In this document: positions 1 to 8,033 of the stretch, piece after piece
How positions within the stretch are numbered: the first letter of the stretch is position 1
Layout of the letters: each line of letters begins with the position of its first letter
Source of the DNA: Planctomycetaceae bacterium
Lineage (GTDB): Bacteria; Planctomycetota; Planctomycetia; Planctomycetales; Planctomycetaceae
Direction: 5' to 3'
NCBI GenBank assembly: GCA_021732975.1
Contig: JAKFWC010000024.1
Coordinates: 247,634-311,633, forward strand
DNA: 64,000 nt
Translations under genes and position numbers: made by a program
The notes under the pieces: model-generated
Seen by the model: the letters and a program-made list of their open reading frames with translations, nothing else
Told to the model about the DNA's origin: nothing
The model's database searches: none

Positions 1-1
1 C

Positions 2-1258
2 ATCACGTATGACCGTCACGGAGAAGAGCTCGACTCGCACATGGAACGCCCTGCGGAGCACGGCCGCGATCTCGTCTTAACGCTCGACTTACCGTTGCAA
101 CAGAAGGCTGAAGCCTTGCTCGACGCGGCGTTGCTCAGTGCACCACCCGCCATTACAGATGATGAAGCTCCTCCAGCGAATGCGCCGCAAACACCGCCGC
201 CCGGTGGGTGTCTCATCGCGATTGACGTGCAGACGGGTGCTCTCCTCACAGCGGCGTCCGCACCCCGGTTCGATGCAAATCTGCTGACCAATCATGAAGC
301 TGCCGAGTGGAAGAAGTTAATCAACGATCCTCGCAAACCGCTTTATTCGCGCGCCACGCAGATGGCGCTGCCGCCGGGATCGGTGTTCAAAGCACTATCG
401 GCGATCGCGCTGTTGGAAGCTGGCGTGTTTCGGCCGCATGATCACATCCAATGTCAGGGATACCTCGATCATCCGGGCCAGCATCGTTGCCTTGTTTTTC
501 GACACTACGGCGTCGGTCACGGTGAGACCGATCTCTCGGCGGCCCTCGCACGATCGTGCAACGTTTATTTCTTCACCGGAGCGCGACGAGCCGGCCCGCA
601 AGCCTTGGTCGATTGGTCGCAGCGTCTCGGCATTGGTCAACCCACGGGGCTCGATCTTCCTGGAGAAACCGGCGGCGCGTTGCCATCGCCAGCACGTCCC
701 GGAGAAGCCGGCCCGCGGTGGTATCCGGGGGACACGCTCGGCCTGGCGATTGGGCAGTCTGCATTGAAAGTCACGCCGTTGCAGATGGCACGACTCATGG
801 CGGCCATCGCGAACGGTGGCTATCTCGTCACGCCGCATCTGGCAACCACTTCCGGGCCGACGAGCATCGAAACCGATGGCAGCACGCCGGTCCGCCCCGT
901 GTTCGCTCATCCGGAGCCGCAACCGATCCCTGGCTTACATCCGGAAACACTCGCCGCCGTGCGCGAAGGGTTGTACAACGTCGTGAATGATTCGCACGGC
1001 ACCGGTTACAAAACGATTCGACTGAAAGAAGTCGCGATCGCCGGGAAAACGGGGACCGCCGAAGTCGGCGGCAATCGCCCAGACCATGCATGGTTCGCCG
1101 GTTACGCCCCCGCCGATAATCCCCGCGTGGCCTTCGCCGTGGTTATCGAACACGGCGGCAGCGGCGGCAAAGTCGCCGGCCCCATCGCTCGCGATTTTGT
1201 CAAAACCTTGCTGGAAACCGGGCTGATCACGCCGTCTGCGCCGCTGGCAGTTCAATGA
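2..1258 (+). CDS. mrdA: Penicillin-binding protein 2-type peptidoglycan transpeptidase, 5'-truncated by the window edge
   Basis: The frame is open from nt 2, with no stop before the first Met at 41. It carries SxxK (PPGSVFKAL) and KTG (IAGKTGTAEV) transpeptidase motifs. The end is typical of PBP2 (AWFAGYAP...VVIEHGGSGG). Confidence 0.8.
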   Translation: MTYDRHGEELDSHMERPAEHGRDLVLTLDLPLQQKAEALLDAALLSAPPAITDDEAPPANAPQTPPPGGCLIAIDVQTGALLTAASAPRFDANLLTNHEAAEWKKLINDPRKPLYSRATQMALPPGSVFKALSAIALLEAGVFRPHDHIQCQGYLDHPGQHRCLVFRHYGVGHGETDLSAALARSCNVYFFTGARRAGPQALVDWSQRLGIGQPTGLDLPGETGGALPSPARPGEAGPRWYPGDTLGLAIGQSALKVTPLQMARLMAAIANGGYLVTPHLATTSGPTSIETDGSTPVRPVFAHPEPQPIPGLHPETLAAVREGLYNVVNDSHGTGYKTIRLKEVAIAGKTGTAEVGGNRPDHAWFAGYAPADNPRVAFAVVIEHGGSGGKVAGPIARDFVKTLLETGLITPSAPLAVQ

Positions 1259-1485
1259 TTTTCGTGGGTGGCTCAGATGGCAAAGCCGCAAAGAGGCAAT
1301 GCAGATCGCCTCCATTGCTCAATTCGGGCAAGTAAGTCCGTCGGTATCGATTGCAAACTGGTCCTGATGACTTCGTCGCGGCTCCGCCGCCCCAGATGGC
1401 CACAGGCAGTCCGAGCCACCCGTCCTTTAACACTCGACGGTGATTTTCAGGCCATACGACATGCCGTTTCCCCCTTGGATTGCTT

Positions 1486-1521
1486 ATGATTTCCTTGTGA
1501 TTTCGCGCTTCGAATTTCGGA
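1486..1521. repeat. Copy of the 'ATGATTTCCT...ATTTCGCGCTTCGARTTTCGGA' intergenic element (second copy at 51591..51640)
   Basis: Read by eye: the 10-nt block at 1486-1495 is identical to 51591-51600. The 22-nt block at 1500-1521 matches 51619-51640 at 21 of 22 positions. Confidence 0.7.
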
Positions 1522-1529
1522 CTTGATTG

Positions 1530-2678
1530 ATGCCTCGGATTGTACTGGCGATGAGTGGCGGCGTGGACAGTTCCGCGGCGGCGGTGCTGCTGAAACGACA
1601 GGGGTGGGATGTCGTCGGGTTGTTCATGCGTTCCGGGGCGACAGAAGAAGCCACCTGTCACACCGGCAGCGGCCCGGCGTTGCCCATCGTCAATGCGAAG
1701 GCGAACAAGCAGGGATGTTGCAGCGCGAGTGACGCCGCGGATGCCCGCCGAGTGGCCGATGCGCTCGATATCCCGTTTCACGCGCTGAATTTTCAGGATG
1801 CGTTCGGACGGATCAAGGATTACTTCGCCGATGAATATCTCGCCGGTCGCACCCCCAATCCGTGTGTGATGTGCAACAACTGGCTGAAGTTCGGCAAGTT
1901 GTGGACCTTCGCGGAACAAGTCGGCGCCGAAGCCATCGCCACGGGACATTACGCGCGACTGGGAACCGACGCCACTGGTCATCCCGCACTGTTGCGGGGC
2001 CGCGATCCCGGAAAGGATCAATCGTATGTGCTGTTCGGGATTCACCGCGATCTCTTGAGCAAGATCGTGTTCCCCGTGGGCGACTTCGACAAGCCCGATA
2101 TCCGTGCTCTCGCTGCCGAAGCAGGATTGCGGGTCGCAACAAAACCCGACAGTCAGGAAATCTGCTTCGTGCCGGACAACGACTATGCGGGCTTCCTCGA
2201 ACGGTACCGCGGGGTGTCCGACACTGCCGGCGAGTTCGTCGATCTCGAAGGCCGCGTGCTGGGAAAACATCCCGGCTTTGAACGGTTCACCATCGGTCAA
2301 CGCCGCGGGTTAGGGATCACGTTCGGTGAACCGCGCTTCGTGATCCGGATCGACGCAGAGACCCGGCAGGTCGTGCTCGGCAAGTACGACGACCTGCGCT
2401 GCAGCGGATTGGAAGCCGACCGTGCGAACTGGCACGCGGTCGATTTGCCCGCACGGTTCACCTGTTACGCGCAGATCCGTTATCAACACACGGCGGCACT
2501 GGCGGATGTCGAAGTCGTTGATGACCGTATCCAAGTGCAATTCCACGAACCGCAATTCGGTGTCGCCCCCGGTCAAGCGGTCGTATTGTACGACGATCAG
2601 CACGTCCTCGGCGGCGGCTGGATTTCCCGTGGCATTCCGCTGGCGAACAATAAAGTGCTTGCGAGCGCTTCGCCGTGA
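1530..2678 (+). CDS. mnmA: tRNA 2-thiouridine(34) synthase MnmA
   Basis: N-terminal PP-loop (IVLAMSGGVDSS), CVMCN motif, and the length and order are typical of MnmA. The track start at 1527 is TTG, so the ATG at 1530 is preferred. Confidence 0.93.
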   Translation: MPRIVLAMSGGVDSSAAAVLLKRQGWDVVGLFMRSGATEEATCHTGSGPALPIVNAKANKQGCCSASDAADARRVADALDIPFHALNFQDAFGRIKDYFADEYLAGRTPNPCVMCNNWLKFGKLWTFAEQVGAEAIATGHYARLGTDATGHPALLRGRDPGKDQSYVLFGIHRDLLSKIVFPVGDFDKPDIRALAAEAGLRVATKPDSQEICFVPDNDYAGFLERYRGVSDTAGEFVDLEGRVLGKHPGFERFTIGQRRGLGITFGEPRFVIRIDAETRQVVLGKYDDLRCSGLEADRANWHAVDLPARFTCYAQIRYQHTAALADVEVVDDRIQVQFHEPQFGVAPGQAVVLYDDQHVLGGGWISRGIPLANNKVLASASP

Positions 2679-2739
2679 TCCAACGGTCGCAGCGATCCGT
2701 TATCGGTGGAGTTCGATACGATTCCCGGATAACAGAACT

Positions 2740-3180
2740 ATGCAAACCGAGGCCGTGATTTCCAGCGGAGATAGTGAGCAGCAGATATGTTCTGAGAGCG
2801 CGGATCTCCATCGCATTCAATTTGAAATTGAACAGCTTGATCGCGAGTGGGAACAACTCTCCGCGAAACTAATGGCTCGCGATCTCAACGGGAGCCCACA
2901 GATACCGATGACGGGCAGCGGGATCGTCTGCGGCTTGATCAGCGTTTGCTTGGGCGTGATGTTTGCACTTCACTGGTGGATCAGCCTGAGTGCGCCAACT
3001 CCGCTCCTGATGAAAACCTTTGTCAACAGCGTTTACGGTTTATCCTGCTTGGTCTTGTTCTTTGGGTTTGTGTATGGCATGCAATATCATGCCAAGGCCT
3101 TGCGATACAATCATCTTTACGCGGCCCATCAATCCAAACGAGCGTGGTTACAGGCACGGCTCGAATCACTTCACCGATGA
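2740..3180 (+). CDS. Hypothetical membrane protein (coiled-coil LDREWEQ motif plus two predicted TM helices); paralog of the next gene
   Basis: The in-frame ATG at 2740 lies inside track ORF 2422..3180, whose upstream part overlaps the mnmA 3' end. Hydrophobic stretches are GIVCGLISVCLGVMFAL and VYGLSCLVLFFGFVYG. It shares MQTE and LDREW[ED]Q motifs with 3177..3719. Confidence 0.55.
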   Translation: MQTEAVISSGDSEQQICSESADLHRIQFEIEQLDREWEQLSAKLMARDLNGSPQIPMTGSGIVCGLISVCLGVMFALHWWISLSAPTPLLMKTFVNSVYGLSCLVLFFGFVYGMQYHAKALRYNHLYAAHQSKRAWLQARLESLHR

Positions 3181-3719
3181 AGACCACGATGCAAACCGAG
3201 ACAGTCACCTGCGGCGGATGCGGGGCTCCGTTGTCGATTCCGGACAACGTCGAGTACGTCGCGTGCCGGTTTTGCCAGGCACAATTGCATGTCCAACGCA
3301 ATCAAAGTGTGGTCTTTACCGAAGTGCTGCAATCGCTGCAAAAGCAAACGGAGCGGTTGGCCGACAACACGGATGTACTGCGACTTCAAAACGAAATCGC
3401 CATGCTGGATCGCGAATGGGATCAGAAGTCCTCGGAGTTGATGATCCGTGGCAAGCACGGTCGCGTGTCGGTTCCGGATAAAACATCCGCCGTTGTCGGC
3501 GGCATCTTCCTAACATTGTTTGGCCTGTTCTGGACCGTGATGGCCGGGGCGATGTTTCCACCGATGGCCTTGTTCGGCATCCTCTTCATCATTTTCGGCG
3601 TGATAAGTTGTGTGAAGGTCCACACCAACGCGGAACGTTTTGAAACCCTGCAGGCGACCCATCAACACCAACGGAATGAGCTTTTGAACCGCTTGCGACA
3701 AGCGGAACCGCGAGACTGA
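3177..3719 (+). CDS. Hypothetical zinc-ribbon membrane protein (CxxC...CxxC, coiled coil, two TM helices)
   Basis: The ATG at 3177 overlaps the upstream stop (ATGA). It has the motif CGGCGAPL...CRFCQAQL and the shared LDREWDQ motif. TM stretches are VVGGIFLTLFGLFWTVMAG and ALFGILFIIFGVISCV. Confidence 0.6.
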   Translation: MKTTMQTETVTCGGCGAPLSIPDNVEYVACRFCQAQLHVQRNQSVVFTEVLQSLQKQTERLADNTDVLRLQNEIAMLDREWDQKSSELMIRGKHGRVSVPDKTSAVVGGIFLTLFGLFWTVMAGAMFPPMALFGILFIIFGVISCVKVHTNAERFETLQATHQHQRNELLNRLRQAEPRD

Positions 3720-3845
3720 AAACCCGCGCACCAGCGAGTCTACAAAAATTACCGTAGGCTACAATGCGACCACCACCCGCGTCCCTTCGCGCACGGTGCG
3801 TCCTGAGCCCCCCGACTTTAAGCCGGCGGTCATCGCAGTAAAAAA

Positions 3846-4268
3846 GAGGCGGAGTGGGTCGATAAGCCGGGTTTTGTCGCGGACGGTCATTTCTCTAGGA
3901 CGACGATTGCTCGCCGCCTCCAGCAACACACCCGGAGGTCGAACGGATCGGGCCAATCCGCGGCGGAAATGGTTGCCCATCGCCGCACTTCCCCCTGCTT
4001 GGTCTTGCTCCCGGTGGGGTTTACCTTGCCAATGAGGTCGCCCCCATTGCGGTGCGCTCTTACCGCACCATTTCACCCTTACCGGCCTTAGCCTTCCGAG
4101 GCGAACCCCGGGTGCAACATCGACCGGCGGTATCTTTTCTGTGGCACTGTCCCGGTTCTCACGAACGGTGGGCGTTACCCACCACCGTGCCCTGGGGAGC
4201 CCGGACTTTCCTCTCCGCGAAGGCAATCACTCACCCCCACGCAGCGACCGTCTAACCCACTCCGCCTC
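3846..4268 (-). ncRNA. rnpB: RNase P RNA, bacterial type A
   Basis: The minus strand carries four conserved regions: GAGAGGAAAGTCCGGGC (CR-I), GGGTGAAATGGTGCGGTAAGAGCGCACC, GGCAAGGTAAACCCCACCGGGAGCAA and ACAAAACCCGGCTTATCG. A perfect 13-bp P1 helix pairs 4256-4268 with 3846-3858. Confidence 0.95.
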
Positions 4269-4818
4269 AAGTCCTACTGTAAAGGAATGGTGATGTGGGC
4301 GAAACTCGGAAGCGGAAGAATGCGGAAGAGATAGGCCGCGAAAAGGCACAAAAGGACGCAAAAGGAAATGAGAATTCGACGGGTGGTCTAATCGCAATCA
4401 TGGCCAATTTGCCAGCAGAGAAGATTCCAACGACACTATTTTCATCGCGAACCATAACAGGGAAAATCGTGTCCGACAGGGTTCGGCAGGCTTCCCGGGA
4501 ATGGGTACGACTATGTACATCAAACTTGATGACGAAATCCTTGGCGGGTTGCCCAGACGCCGCTTTGGGCGTCTGGGGTTACAAGAGGGAACCGGGATCA
4601 ACATTCGATGGGATTTCCGATCGCCCCTCTCGTGAACCCAAACGATGCGGACAGCGGTTGTGCCACCCCTGATGGCGGGGCCATCTGAGCCACTCATTCA
4701 TCATCAGGGTTGATAGATTCCGCCCAACAAATCCCTAGCGGTTTGACACATCCCCCTCGGCTACTGGATGATGATGTCCGGTTAGTCACTCTCCGGGACG
4801 GCAGCGAGGAATCGGGAC

Positions 4819-5895
4819 GTGCTTCATACGGTGATCATGGCAGGCGGGTCAGGGAGTCGCTTTTGGCCGCAGAGCCGTCGGGCGTTGCCGAAGCAGTTTC
4901 TGCACTTCGGTTCGACCCGCACGCTCATTCAGGAAACGGCCGACCGCTGCCTGTCACTCATTTCCCCCCATCGACTGTGGGTCGTGACGGGCGCCGCTCA
5001 CTCGAAAGAAACCTCGCGGCAACTACCCGAGTTGCTGCCGAGCCAGATTCTGGTCGAGCCGTGCGCCCGCAACACCGCCCCGTGCATCGCCCTCGCTGCG
5101 ATTCGGCTGTTGTCGGCCGATCCGGAAGCGATCATGCTCGTGGTTCCAGCAGACCACATCATCTCGCCACCGGAAGCGTTTCAGGATGCCGTCAACCGGG
5201 CCGTGAAGTTCGTGGAATCGCAACCGGAAGCGTTGGTGCTGTTCGGAGTGCCGCCCAATTTCCCCTCGACGGGTTTCGGTTACATTCAACGCGGTGAGTC
5301 TTGCGCGTCCGATGGTACCACGCTCTACAAGGTGCAAGCCTTCAAGGAAAAACCGAACCAATTGACCGCTGCCCGGTATACAGCGTGCGACGAATACTAC
5401 TGGAACTGCGGCATCTTCGTATGGCGAGCCGACGCCATCATGAAAGCAATCGCCGAATTTGAGCCGGAGATCTTTCAGGGGTGTGAACGACTCAAGCGCG
5501 TCGCGGGTACAGCTCAATGGGATGCCGCGCTGGCCGAAGAATTTCCGGCGATGCCGTCGATTTCCATCGATTATGCCGTGCTGGAAAAAGCGCAAAGCGT
5601 GTATGTGCTGCCGGCCCCGTTCCAATGGGACGATGTCGGTAGCTGGCAAGCGTTGCCACGGCTCTTGTCGCATGACAGCGATGGCAATACCGTCGCGGGG
5701 ATCCATTGCGGCCAGGAAACGAGCGGCTGCATCATCCGGGGCACCGAGGACCACCTCATCGCCACGTTCGGCGTGAAGGATTTGATCATCGTTCACACCC
5801 CCACAGCGACGCTGGTGGCCGATCGTCGCAATGAGAACTCGATCAAGGAACTCACCGCCGAGATCGAACGCCGCGGGTTGCAGGCGTATTTGTAA
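4819..5895 (+). CDS. manC: Mannose-1-phosphate guanylyltransferase (GDP-mannose pyrophosphorylase, no PMI domain)
   Basis: N-terminal nucleotidyltransferase motif VIMAGGSGSRFWPQSR...PKQF. It also has FGYI..G and WNCGIFVW motifs. The start is GTG at 4819, with an alternative ATG at 4837. Confidence 0.8.
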   Translation: MLHTVIMAGGSGSRFWPQSRRALPKQFLHFGSTRTLIQETADRCLSLISPHRLWVVTGAAHSKETSRQLPELLPSQILVEPCARNTAPCIALAAIRLLSADPEAIMLVVPADHIISPPEAFQDAVNRAVKFVESQPEALVLFGVPPNFPSTGFGYIQRGESCASDGTTLYKVQAFKEKPNQLTAARYTACDEYYWNCGIFVWRADAIMKAIAEFEPEIFQGCERLKRVAGTAQWDAALAEEFPAMPSISIDYAVLEKAQSVYVLPAPFQWDDVGSWQALPRLLSHDSDGNTVAGIHCGQETSGCIIRGTEDHLIATFGVKDLIIVHTPTATLVADRRNENSIKELTAEIERRGLQAYL

Positions 5896-5922
5896 ACCCC
5901 CTCTGTATGGCAATTAGTTCTC

Positions 5923-6558
5923 ATGAATCTGCCCGAGTTGTTTAAGATGCTGGCTTCCGAAATCCAGCAACACATCGTCAAGGTGATTGTCGGTTTCGTA
6001 CTGATGGGGGTCGGGTGGTTCATCGGTCACCGGCGGGCGCGGCACAATTGGACGAAACGCGAGTTTTTTGATCGGCTCAACTTCTCGCTGAACTGGATTG
6101 AAGAGGGCACGCTGAAACTGCGGACATTGTCCGAACGGCACTGCGAGGAAATTTTTCTCAACAAACCCGCGACGGAAGTGGTGCTAAAAGCCGCCCGGGC
6201 GGCGACCGAAGCGAATCCCATCCTGTCGCTGTCCGAGAAAGATTACTGGTACTACCTGAACTCGGTGCTCAACGAGCTGTCGGAACAGTTCGCCACAGGA
6301 CATTTGAAGAAGGCCCAGGGGCAACCCGTCTCGTCGGCGATCTATCTCATATGTCTCACATGCGAAGCCGCTGCCGATCTGCGCATGCGGAAAGTACGGG
6401 CGATGGTGATTCAGAAATCGCTGCTCACCAACCTCCCCGCTGCCAGCCCCAAACTCGAACGCCCGCACCACCACATTCGCTGGACGACACTGAAGTTCAT
6501 GGCCAGCGAGTATCAGAAGCGGCCGTATCAGTTCCTGGAATTGGAACTGTCAGTGTAG
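5923..6558 (+). CDS. Hypothetical protein with one N-terminal TM helix
   Basis: A clean 211-aa ORF with an ATG start, convergent with mnmE. I recognise no family. Confidence 0.5.
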   Translation: MNLPELFKMLASEIQQHIVKVIVGFVLMGVGWFIGHRRARHNWTKREFFDRLNFSLNWIEEGTLKLRTLSERHCEEIFLNKPATEVVLKAARAATEANPILSLSEKDYWYYLNSVLNELSEQFATGHLKKAQGQPVSSAIYLICLTCEAAADLRMRKVRAMVIQKSLLTNLPAASPKLERPHHHIRWTTLKFMASEYQKRPYQFLELELSV

Positions 6559-6588
6559 CCCCCCTCGTTCATGGAGGCGGAATGACAA

Positions 6589-7965
6589 TCACTTGCCGAT
6601 GCAGAACCGGCTGAAGATGCGGTCGAGCAGATCGTCGGTGTAGACAGCCCCGACGATGCGGCCGAGGTGATCGAGCGCATCGCGGAGCTCGACGGCGATC
6701 AATTCCTCGCCGACGTACGGATCGGCAGCGGCTTGCTCAGCTTGGGTGAGTGCCACAAGGGTTGCCTGCACGCTTTCCTGACACCGGGCGGCGGTGGTGC
6801 CCAGCCATGCCGATTCGGTCCGCGAAATCCGTTGCCAGTGGGCAACGATCATTTCACGCAACTGTTGCAATCCGGCACCTGTCTGTGCCGAGACCGCTAG
6901 ACCCGTTGCGTCGCCATCATTGCTGTCTGTAACGCGATCCGCTTTGGTGACAATGCCTAGCAGCTTCGAGGCGGGACACGACTGGCGGCGTTCCTCATCG
7001 ATGAGGCGTTCGGCCGCGGTGGCATCAGCCGCGGTACACCACACGAGCAGGCTCGCGCGGGTCAGTTGATCGGCCCGCAAGCGTTGGGCTTCCGCGGCGA
7101 TATCCTGCTCGACGGTTTCCCAACCGGCGGTGTCGACGAGGTCAAACGTGTGGCCATTCCATGTGACGGTGGCTTCGAGGAAATCGCGTGTTGTTCCCGC
7201 CTGGGCCGAGACCAAGGCGGCGCTGGTACCGATGAGCGCATTAAAGAGTGTACTCTTTCCTGCATTCGGCAGTCCGGCCAGCACGACGCGTGGGTATCCG
7301 GCGTGGTGCATCCGGCCAGTCGTAGTTTGTGCGAGTTGTTCAACGAAGAGGCGGGCGGTCGACAGGCGGGCGTGCAGTTCCCCGCGGGCCACGAATTCCA
7401 GATGTTCTTCGACGAAGTCGAGGCCGGCTTCGAGATCGGCGAGCAGATTCAACAAGTCGTGTCGCAACTCGGCAAGGCGATGCGAAACACCGCCAGCGAG
7501 TTGTTCGAGTGCCGTGCGCAAGCCTGCATCGTCATCGGCGTCAATCACCCCCAGCACCGCTTCGGCCTGGATGAGATCGAGCTTGCCCGCGAGAAATGCC
7601 CGCAGTGTGAACTCTCCCGGTTTGGCAACGCGCGCCCCTCGCCGACAGAGTTCCGCCAGTACTCCTTCCAACACCGGTGACGATCCGGGAAGATGCACTT
7701 CGATCAGCGGTTGCCCGGTGTAACTCCGTGATGTGGGCCAGCAATGCACACTCACCCGTAACGGCGACGACAATCCGGGCAGCGTAAGATGTCCCGGATG
7801 CCGTTGTGGAACACGGACACTTCGCCAAGCCTCGGCGTCATCCGGCTGGAATCCCTTGTCGAAGAGTGACAGCATGTGTGCGCCACTCGCCCGAATGATT
7901 CCCCGTAGCGATGACCCGGGCACGGAACCGAGCGCGACGATCACATCGTCCAAGCGCCAGGTCAT
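6589..7965 (-). CDS. mnmE: tRNA modification GTPase MnmE
   Basis: G1 motif GLPNAGKSTLFNAL, DTAG, and the diagnostic C-terminal CIGK tetrapeptide (FSRFCIGK). Confidence 0.93.
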   Translation of the reverse strand: MTWRLDDVIVALGSVPGSSLRGIIRASGAHMLSLFDKGFQPDDAEAWRSVRVPQRHPGHLTLPGLSSPLRVSVHCWPTSRSYTGQPLIEVHLPGSSPVLEGVLAELCRRGARVAKPGEFTLRAFLAGKLDLIQAEAVLGVIDADDDAGLRTALEQLAGGVSHRLAELRHDLLNLLADLEAGLDFVEEHLEFVARGELHARLSTARLFVEQLAQTTTGRMHHAGYPRVVLAGLPNAGKSTLFNALIGTSAALVSAQAGTTRDFLEATVTWNGHTFDLVDTAGWETVEQDIAAEAQRLRADQLTRASLLVWCTAADATAAERLIDEERRQSCPASKLLGIVTKADRVTDSNDGDATGLAVSAQTGAGLQQLREMIVAHWQRISRTESAWLGTTAARCQESVQATLVALTQAEQAAADPYVGEELIAVELRDALDHLGRIVGAVYTDDLLDRIFSRFCIGK

Positions 7966-7995
7966 TGCCGGAAACCCTCAATAAGTCGGTAGCTG

Positions 7996-8028
7996 AACTC
8001 GTTCCCACGCGGAGCGTGGGAACGAGTT
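7996..8028. repeat. Perfect 15-bp-stem hairpin, a solo copy of the GTTCCCA...TGGGAAC repeat family, between yidC and mnmE
   Basis: AACTCGTTCCCACGC-GGA-GCGTGGGAACGAGTT, read directly. It has the same core as 22183..22318, 27011..27143 and 48729..48781. Confidence 0.85.
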
Positions 8029-8033
8029 GGTCG

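Noticed and set aside
1227-2300. Long ORFs antisense to or overlapping well-supported genes. Examples are 1227..2300(-), 5023..5913(-), 8958..10463(+), 18616..19665(+), 23368..24753(+), 37335..38330(+), 39175..40083(+), 44574..45440(-), 57368..58318(-) and 59721..60488(-).
   Set aside because: They lie opposite genes with clear family motifs. Their translations are Arg/Gly/Pro/His-rich with no recognisable domains. Such shadow ORFs are expected in high-GC DNA.
4710-5297. Track ORF 4710..5297(+), 195 aa.
   Set aside because: It overlaps the well-supported mannose-1-phosphate guanylyltransferase gene in another frame and has an Arg/Ser/Gly-rich translation.
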